A DNA stretch of 64,000 nt. Origin: Candidatus Moraniibacteriota bacterium (GTDB lineage Bacteria; Patescibacteriota; Minisyncoccia; Moranbacterales; UBA1568). The translations under genes were made by a program, and so were the position numbers. Positions within the stretch are counted from its first letter, which is position 1. Each line of letters begins with the position of its first letter. The stretch lies in the NCBI GenBank assembly GCA_016699385.1, contig CP064974.1, positions 468,466-532,465 of the forward strand. Direction: 5' to 3'. Shown in pieces: positions 57,691-64,000 of this stretch. Under the pieces are notes generated by a model that was not told the DNA's origin, searched no databases, and saw only the letters and a list, made by a program, of their open reading frames with translations.

Positions 57691-59397
57691 TCAGTTGAAC
57701 AGCAATTGCAATGCCGCAGGACTCGCCTTCTTGGTAGATGGCGTCCGCAATGGCGCTACATTCGGATCCGGACCGGTGACGGGCGAGGACGACATGTCTC
57801 GAACAAGAAAGGTTGATTCCCTGCAGTCATTTGTCTCATTCGTCTCCGAAATCTGGCTGTCGTAGTCGATACATGCCCGAGCGGCATGCACGCCGATTTC
57901 GGCAACACCCTGGGATATATCGACACTTTCCACTTTAGTCATACCTCCTTTGAGGTTTTCCCGCCTCACTTGATCAAACCCAACAAAGACGCCGTCGATG
58001 GCATAGGATATGCGGACTACATCTGGACCAAAATTTTCTCCGAGATTGGCAACGGTCACCTCGAAGGTAAATGCTTCGTTCGGATCGAAAATCGCTTCGC
58101 CCAAATTCAGATTCGTCACAGCAACATCGGGATCACTTACCACGTCAAAACGATATTCGTCATGGCAGTTGTCTCCTTCATCAGATTCCGCAATCTTTTT
58201 GTCGCCGTCATTGCCATCCGTATCTGCACAGGCAGTGATATTGAACTTTCCCGGATATTCGAAAGCGGGAATGATTTGATAGACTCGACGGGATTGTCCC
58301 GCCGACAAATCAGTCATGCTCTCGTGTCCCAGGTTGTCGGGATCGTGATCACGATAGTTTCCTTTGGACAAGTAGCAGCGATTCGCCCAGGTGCCCCAAG
58401 CTCCGGCTTCTCCGGTATTCTTGACCTGGATGTTGCAGTAGCTTCGTTCTCCGATATGGATTTGGGAAAGATGCGGGCTGTCCCTATCGGCTTCTTTCAC
58501 CAGATACAGTTCGTGAACGATGAGATTGGGGAGGTCGCCCGGGTGTTTGCCTCCGGTGATGGGAGGGGGATTGAAGACTTCAACTCCGCCACTGCCCGAC
58601 TGGAGAGCATTTTCGTCCAGGATTGTCCCGTAACCACCGCCCTGACTGCCTAGACTGCCTATTGGCGACGTCGGACACGAAGATGAAGAGAGAGTGTAGA
58701 ATTTTCCATTCTTCTGGTCAAAGTAGTACCAGTTGGTTGCGTGTTCGCAAAGCGCACTGTACTGTCCGTGAACCCAGCAAAATGGACAGTAACCATCGCC
58801 TGGAAGAGCCCTTGCGTCCTTGGTAATGCAGGTAGCCCTCGAAATATCTCCTCCAACCTTATCTTCGAAATGCAGAAAACGACCGGGGTACTTATTCTCT
58901 CCAGGAATAAGAGTGCGCGTTTGATACAACCAATCTCCTTTACCGTTATACTCGGCAATTTCAACCGAAGCCAAAGACCCGTCACTATGAACATTGATTT
59001 TGTAGACAAATGCCACGTGACCAACGCTACCAGCTCCAGGCTCGTACGAATTCCATTGCGCCACACTACCCACTGCCGGATACTGATCGATACGAATGCC
59101 TACCATGCCAGCTCGGTCCGAATCATCCCAGAGATTAGCATTGCCCCACTTAGCAACCCCGCCATACTGATTAGTGAATTGCACACCACTAAGGTTGAGG
59201 CGATAGGCGACATACGAGGTACAGTTGCAAACAGCGAAGTTCCATGCATCGGGCTGATCATGATTACTCGGGCACAACCCACTCACCTTCTTTGCCTGTT
59301 CATATCCCGAATCTAATTCGGCAGACACATTCCACGAAATCACGGCCAAACAAACAGCCGAGATGGCCGATTGTTTCAATGTTAACGAACCTTTCAC
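57691..59397 (-). CDS. secreted CHAP-domain (Cys/His amidohydrolase/peptidase) protein with C-terminal beta-rich repeats
   Basis: Signal peptide; CHAP-like Cys...His pattern (AVCNCTSYVAYRL ... GHVAFVYK ... EIAEYN); long C-terminal Ig/CARDB-like region. Confidence 0.6.
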   Translation of the reverse strand: MKGSLTLKQSAISAVCLAVISWNVSAELDSGYEQAKKVSGLCPSNHDQPDAWNFAVCNCTSYVAYRLNLSGVQFTNQYGGVAKWGNANLWDDSDRAGMVGIRIDQYPAVGSVAQWNSYEPGAGSVGHVAFVYKINVHSDGSLASVEIAEYNGKGDWLYQTRTLIPGENKYPGRFLHFEDKVGGDISRATCITKDARALPGDGYCPFCWVHGQYSALCEHATNWYYFDQKNGKFYTLSSSSCPTSPIGSLGSQGGGYGTILDENALQSGSGGVEVFNPPPITGGKHPGDLPNLIVHELYLVKEADRDSPHLSQIHIGERSYCNIQVKNTGEAGAWGTWANRCYLSKGNYRDHDPDNLGHESMTDLSAGQSRRVYQIIPAFEYPGKFNITACADTDGNDGDKKIAESDEGDNCHDEYRFDVVSDPDVAVTNLNLGEAIFDPNEAFTFEVTVANLGENFGPDVVRISYAIDGVFVGFDQVRRENLKGGMTKVESVDISQGVAEIGVHAARACIDYDSQISETNETNDCRESTFLVRDMSSSPVTGPDPNVAPLRTPSTKKASPAALQLLFN

Positions 59398-59490
59398 GAT
59401 AAATCTCCTTCTGTTTCATTGAACAAGATATTCTCTTGAAGCCCCTAACTGTTTCGGAAACTTCTTTGAGAATACCTTCCAGAAAAATTC

Positions 59491-60114
59491 TCATTTTTTC
59501 AATTCACGGACTTTGCTATGCCATTCTTCAACGTTAAGACCAAGCCCCGCTGGGTTAAAAATAGAACCAAACACCTGAGCAACCCCGTAAGTGGCGTCAT
59601 AAACTCTTTGATCAAAGGCGCAGGGAGATTGAGAACTTTCATAATATACAAAGAATGAATCAAATCTTATAACTGCAACTGTTTCGTTCGCGTAAGAATC
59701 TTTGTATTCTAAATCAGATTGCTTCCCCTCCATCCGAGTTACAATACCCCCTGGAAATTCTTCTTGAGAACAATTCTCTTTATCAAGTCCTATCAATGTC
59801 TTTGTTGAAAATAAAGTTGACTTTCTGATAGCGCCCTTTATAGGCACTTCCTTCCCATCGACAAGCTCTGTCACAGGACTCTCCTTGTATTTATACACCA
59901 AATCATCTGCAATATCCTTGGGAAGCTGAATCTCTATTCCCAATTCAGGAATCGGATACCACACTTGTTCCTGCTCAACAACAGGAATCTCTTGCTGTTT
60001 CGGTAGTGCTTGCGTCTTCTCTTTTTTTCCATACCAAACCACTCCACTTGCAATTACAGCAAGAAGAAGTGCAAGGCAGACAACGATAATGACCGAGTTT
60101 CGTTTCAACTTCAT
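59491..60114 (-). CDS. hypothetical membrane-anchored protein
   Basis: ~207 aa; N-terminal TM (MKLKRNSVIIVVCLALLLAVIA); ORF-track start extended by 10 codons. Confidence 0.4.
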   Translation of the reverse strand: MKLKRNSVIIVVCLALLLAVIASGVVWYGKKEKTQALPKQQEIPVVEQEQVWYPIPELGIEIQLPKDIADDLVYKYKESPVTELVDGKEVPIKGAIRKSTLFSTKTLIGLDKENCSQEEFPGGIVTRMEGKQSDLEYKDSYANETVAVIRFDSFFVYYESSQSPCAFDQRVYDATYGVAQVFGSIFNPAGLGLNVEEWHSKVRELKK

Positions 60115-60184
60115 ATCGATGAAGCCTATCGGAAGGCGACACATCCGTCAAATCTCCGGGTTATCTCCCTGCCCCCCCGCTGTC

Positions 60185-60227
60185 AAAAAAAGGCGAAAGA
60201 AAACCGCCTTGGAATTTCCAGGCGGTT
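60185..60227 (-). terminator. rho-independent terminator plus conserved -35 module (second copy)
   Basis: Minus strand: AACCGCC-TGGAAATTCCA-GGCGGTT hairpin (or the alternative AAGGCG/CGCCTT hairpin), then TTTCTTTCGCCTTTTTTT running into TTGACAGCGGGGG; immediately after the stop at 60231. Confidence 0.5.
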
Positions 60228-60230
60228 GGG

Positions 60231-61076
60231 TCATGAGAATAAGTCAACAAGGAGAATAAAGTCTTCGCCTCTCCCTGAATCATCTAGGAGAACAACTCCC
60301 GCTATCGGGTTTATAGAAAATATACAACCCGATGCCCTATGTAACAAGCTGGCAATATCGGGAGACATTGGAAATCTCTTGAGGATATCCGCTCCACAAA
60401 TATCACTTTCATCGCAATAAAGCAATTGTGCTGCAACACAGAGAAGCACCCGAAAGAATACACCCAACTCAACAGGAGAAAAACCTCTGGAGAACATCTG
60501 GAGCGCATTATCCTGACGATACGTCACTCGTTTGGGAAGTGTCGACAGATTACATCCTGCAATATGAGTACTCAGACCAAATGATAATCGCGCCGATGAA
60601 ACAACCGAACTTTGGTCAGGATCCTTTCTGCGAAAGGTAACTACCCCCCGACATCGTGTCGTACGAATCCTCTGCACATCAACAACACTATCGATAGAGC
60701 TATGCGGACCTGTCTTAGCAATGACAAGAACCACGCCAGAAAGACCCACATACTGAACGACCATGTCGTCACTTATTCCAAAAGGAGCGAGAAGCTCTCT
60801 CGGCGGCAACTTTGGCTGACGAAATCCATGATCCTCCTCATACTTGCGAACCGCTCCCAAAAAAAGACGGAGAAATGCAGGGACTCCACACTGAATGCCA
60901 AACGTTCGCAATGTTTCTTTCATCTCCCATGAGATAGGAACATGCGAAGGTAATTCATGATAGAGAAATGCATTCCCAACCTTTCGCAAGAACTCATAAA
61001 AGTGAGAATCATCCCCCTCTTCGTCATCTCTATCAGAGCAACCGAAGAGCCAGTTCAAACTTGAACGTTCCACCAT
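60231..61076 (-). CDS. hypothetical protein
   Basis: 281-aa ORF with good coding continuity, flanked by a terminator; no family recognized. Confidence 0.4.
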   Translation of the reverse strand: MVERSSLNWLFGCSDRDDEEGDDSHFYEFLRKVGNAFLYHELPSHVPISWEMKETLRTFGIQCGVPAFLRLFLGAVRKYEEDHGFRQPKLPPRELLAPFGISDDMVVQYVGLSGVVLVIAKTGPHSSIDSVVDVQRIRTTRCRGVVTFRRKDPDQSSVVSSARLSFGLSTHIAGCNLSTLPKRVTYRQDNALQMFSRGFSPVELGVFFRVLLCVAAQLLYCDESDICGADILKRFPMSPDIASLLHRASGCIFSINPIAGVVLLDDSGRGEDFILLVDLFS

Positions 61077-61133
61077 ATCGGTACCTCTCGTAGGTCGTAG
61101 AAAATCTGGTTGTTAAGAAACTGGCACCTCCGC

Positions 61134-62309
61134 TCAAAACACTACCCGGGCAAAATCTTTTTTGCCACACTTCACTATCGATGATTTTCCGTTATTTGTC
61201 AATACGAAGTCTCTATCGAGCACCTTGGTGCCATCTACCTCGACACCACCCTGCTCAATCTTCCGCCGCGCATCACCCCGACTCGTAGCAAATCCTTCCT
61301 GCGCAAGAAAATCGAGCAAACTCATCTCCTGAGAAAGCGTCACCTCTCGAATATCACTCGGAACCTCACGCCGCGAAAATGTCGAGACAAAATACTCCTG
61401 TGCCTCGCGCGCCGCTTCTTCACCGTGATATATTTTCACAATTTCAAAGCCAAGCCGGATTTTCGCATCGCGAGGATTCCCTACCTCCATGATATTTCCA
61501 ACTTCTTCCATCGGCATGCGCGTACAATGAACAAAATAGCTTTCAATCAATTCATCAGGCACGCTCATAACCTTTCCAAACATATCATTCGGCGCATCCG
61601 TAAGATTGATTGTATTCCCCCAACTCGAGCTCATCTTGCGCCCATCGATACCGAGAATAAGATTGGTTGTGAGTATATCCTGTGGAGACTTCCCTGCCCG
61701 CTCTTGGAGGCGCCGTCCGGCAAGCAAATTAAACCGCTGATCCGTCCCGCCAATTTCTACATCCGCGGAAACAGCGAGACTATCATGTCCCTGCATCAAA
61801 GGATAGAGCATTTCCCGAAGCGACACGCGCTTGCCAGTATCAAGACGCTTCCGGATATTTTCACGAGCGATGAATTCCGCTACCGAGAAGACATCTGCTT
61901 CTTTCCCAATCTCACCAAATCCCAAATGTGAAAGCCAGGTAGAATTGGCATGAATCTCTACGTGAGTCATGTCAAGGATTTTCCCCGCCTGCTCCGCATA
62001 GGTCGCCATGTTGGCATGCACATCCGATTCAGAAAGCATTGGGCGCTCGGATTCCTTATCACTCGTATCACCAATTTGCCCCGTAAAATCACCCACGATA
62101 AAAACGATTGTGTGCCCGAGATCCTGAAAATCACGAAGTTTGAGAAGCGGCACGGATCGTCCGAGATGAATATTCTGACTCGTCGGGTCAATACCAAATT
62201 TCACACGAAGATTCTCTCCCGAAAGAAGTCGTAGTCGTAAATGTTCCCGATCAATCACCTCCGAAACCCCACGTGTGAGAAGATTATCTATTTGTTTTTC
62301 TTTGTCCAT
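61134..62309 (-). CDS. tyrS: tyrosine--tRNA ligase
   Basis: IHLGRSVPLLKLRDFQDLGH (HIGH-like), LYPLMQGHDSLAV, GGTDQRFNLLAGRRL, KMSSS (KMSKS variant), C-terminal S4 domain; 5' extension trimmed to MDKEKQID. Confidence 0.85.
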   Translation of the reverse strand: MDKEKQIDNLLTRGVSEVIDREHLRLRLLSGENLRVKFGIDPTSQNIHLGRSVPLLKLRDFQDLGHTIVFIVGDFTGQIGDTSDKESERPMLSESDVHANMATYAEQAGKILDMTHVEIHANSTWLSHLGFGEIGKEADVFSVAEFIARENIRKRLDTGKRVSLREMLYPLMQGHDSLAVSADVEIGGTDQRFNLLAGRRLQERAGKSPQDILTTNLILGIDGRKMSSSWGNTINLTDAPNDMFGKVMSVPDELIESYFVHCTRMPMEEVGNIMEVGNPRDAKIRLGFEIVKIYHGEEAAREAQEYFVSTFSRREVPSDIREVTLSQEMSLLDFLAQEGFATSRGDARRKIEQGGVEVDGTKVLDRDFVLTNNGKSSIVKCGKKDFARVVF

Positions 62310-62331
62310 AAGAGAGGAAGTAAACCTACTT

Positions 62332-62670
62332 TTATATCCCCATTTTCCGTCTTGCCAAACGATACTGGTCATCGGACATTTGACCGCTTTTCCGCGCATG
62401 TTCGAGTTGCGCCAAAATTTCATCTTTGTGCTTCATGATATTCTTCGGCGTCATCGCTTTCTTGAGCACTTTTTCACGCTCTGCGGGCGACATCTTCATG
62501 AGCTGTTTCATGGCGAATTTCTGGAACATGCCCATGTCTTTCGGATCCGGCGCACCCGGCATAGAAGCAAGTTGTTCCTCAAAGCTCCGTTCGTCTTTCT
62601 TCTCGACAACAGTTGGCTTCTTTTCTTTATCATCTTTTGACTTCTTTGAAAATGGATTCCACATAAGCAT
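62332..62670 (-). CDS. small Lys-rich hypothetical protein
   Basis: 112 aa, highly charged (K/E/M-rich), between tyrS and secF; coding status uncertain. Confidence 0.35.
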   Translation of the reverse strand: MLMWNPFSKKSKDDKEKKPTVVEKKDERSFEEQLASMPGAPDPKDMGMFQKFAMKQLMKMSPAEREKVLKKAMTPKNIMKHKDEILAQLEHARKSGQMSDDQYRLARRKMGI

Positions 62671-62845
62671 AGAAAATACGTGTGTTATTACCTATTGAGA
62701 AATTCTCTTTTTTGTCATCCCAACCAAAGTAACGAGGGAATGCTACGGAAAGATTTCTACCCGCGAGAAGGAATCTTTGTGCAATAGGTAGAGAATGTTT
62801 CCGGAAAGATTGAGATTTCTCGACTTCGCTCGGAATGACGCAGGA

Positions 62846-63985
62846 CTATTTTCTCTTCATACCCTTCTTTCTCTTTTTCTGATGGCGCTTCGGAACAGAA
62901 GCTATTTGAGCAGGAACTGTATTGAGAGCAACTGGAGCTGATCCCAGAGCACCACTTTCAGCTTCATTGCCCAGAGAAATCGCTTGCGACGCGGCATGAC
63001 GCGACTCTTTCTTTCCTTCATGCTTTTCCTTTTTTTCTTTCTTCTTTCCGCTATTTGTCAAAGAGGTTTCTGCTTTTCGAAGAAGGCGATTTTTTCGAAA
63101 GATATTCCCTGATACGAGAAGTGCTGTTGCAATATAAATAGAAGAATATGTTCCTGCTGTCACACCGACAAGGAGTGCCAGTGAAAATGACCGGATAGAT
63201 TCGCCCCCAAGAACACTAATAGCAATGAGTACAATAATAACCGTAAATGATGTATTGAAAGATCGTGCAATAGTTTGATTAAGTGAATGATTCACCACCT
63301 CTTCAAAATCTTCTGTACCGCCGGAGCGGATGAGATTTTCTCGGATACGATCATACACGACGATAGTATCATTAACCGAATATCCAAGAATAGTGAGGAG
63401 TGCCGCGATAAACGGCGCACCCACTTCCATTCCATAAAAATGACCGAACAAAGAAAATGCTCCGAGAGTAATGATAATGTCATGAGCAAGTGCTACGGTC
63501 GCCTGAAAGCCATAGTGCCATGATGACACCGGGCGCGACACACCGCGAAACGCCCATGCGATATAGAGAATAATGCCAATCACCGCCAAGAAGAGTGCTG
63601 TTATGGCGTTCTTTTTGATACTCTCCGAAACCGATGCGCCAATGAATTCGGAGCGAACAAGCTCGACCGATTCATCGGTTTTCTTCAACTCAGCAAGAAC
63701 GGCTTCATTTACCGTCTCGTCCGACGAAGCATAGCGGATAAACATCGTGCGATCCCCAGACGGCTGGACAACCAAACTCTCAACACGAGGAACTTCTTTC
63801 AAGTGCGTTTCGATAACACCGCGATCTGGGACTTTCCCTTCACTCCACGAGACCTCGAGCAGTGTCCCTCCTCGGAAATCAATACCGAGCTTGAGTCCCC
63901 AGACAGAAAGCATGGCAATGCTCGCAATCATGAGCGCCATTGAAAAGGCGTAGAAATATTTTCGTTGTTGGATGAGTCGCTTCAT
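62846..63985 (-). CDS. secF: protein translocase subunit SecF (with Lys-rich C-terminal tail)
   Basis: LKLGIDFRGGTLLEV SecF signature and the six-TM SecD/F core; C-terminal KKEKKEKHEGKK...KKRKKGMKRK tail. Confidence 0.85.
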   Translation of the reverse strand: MKRLIQQRKYFYAFSMALMIASIAMLSVWGLKLGIDFRGGTLLEVSWSEGKVPDRGVIETHLKEVPRVESLVVQPSGDRTMFIRYASSDETVNEAVLAELKKTDESVELVRSEFIGASVSESIKKNAITALFLAVIGIILYIAWAFRGVSRPVSSWHYGFQATVALAHDIIITLGAFSLFGHFYGMEVGAPFIAALLTILGYSVNDTIVVYDRIRENLIRSGGTEDFEEVVNHSLNQTIARSFNTSFTVIIVLIAISVLGGESIRSFSLALLVGVTAGTYSSIYIATALLVSGNIFRKNRLLRKAETSLTNSGKKKEKKEKHEGKKESRHAASQAISLGNEAESGALGSAPVALNTVPAQIASVPKRHQKKRKKGMKRK

Positions 63986-64000
63986 AAAGAGGGTGAGGAA

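Overview
Dense, almost entirely minus-strand bacterial window of about 48% GC. The gene content suggests a small-genome, CPR/Patescibacteria-like organism: minimal core functions, Lys-rich extensions on ribosomal proteins, and many cell-wall and glycan genes. That attribution is inference only. The centrepiece is a complete type V-A CRISPR-Cas locus on the minus strand, in the order cas12a(cpf1)-cas4-cas1-cas2-leader-array (about 24955..32791). The array has 26 identical 36-nt repeats plus one degenerate terminal repeat. The crRNA-sense repeat ends in the canonical Cas12a handle AAUUUCUACUUUUGUAGAU, and spacers are 25-27 nt. The 1379-aa Cas12a has the N-terminal GKYSLSKTLRFEL motif and all three RuvC motifs intact, and by recall it is closest to CPR (Parcubacteria-type) Cpf1 orthologs. 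Flanking it are unusual structured inverted repeats in the CRISPR leader and immediately upstream of cas12a. Other content, from low to high coordinates: a surface-glycan biosynthesis island (1..16162) with GT2/GT4/GT26 glycosyltransferases, gmd, rfbA, an epimerase, a flippase, rpe, a SIS isomerase, a KdsC-like phosphatase and a LicC/LicA-like fusion. Then M23 and CHAP secreted peptidases, gltX, dnaJ, mltG, trxA, lepA, murJ, galU and glyA. Then a ribosomal/rpoA cluster (rpsI-rplM-rplQ-rpoA-rpsD-rpsK-rpsM-rpmJ-infA; rpmJ is absent from the ORF track). Then an unannotated RNase P RNA, pheST, tyrS and secF. Two copies of a compact terminator/-35 module share a 19-nt motif. Many ORF-track entries carry 5' extensions or TTG starts, and where I could support a shorter start I trimmed it.
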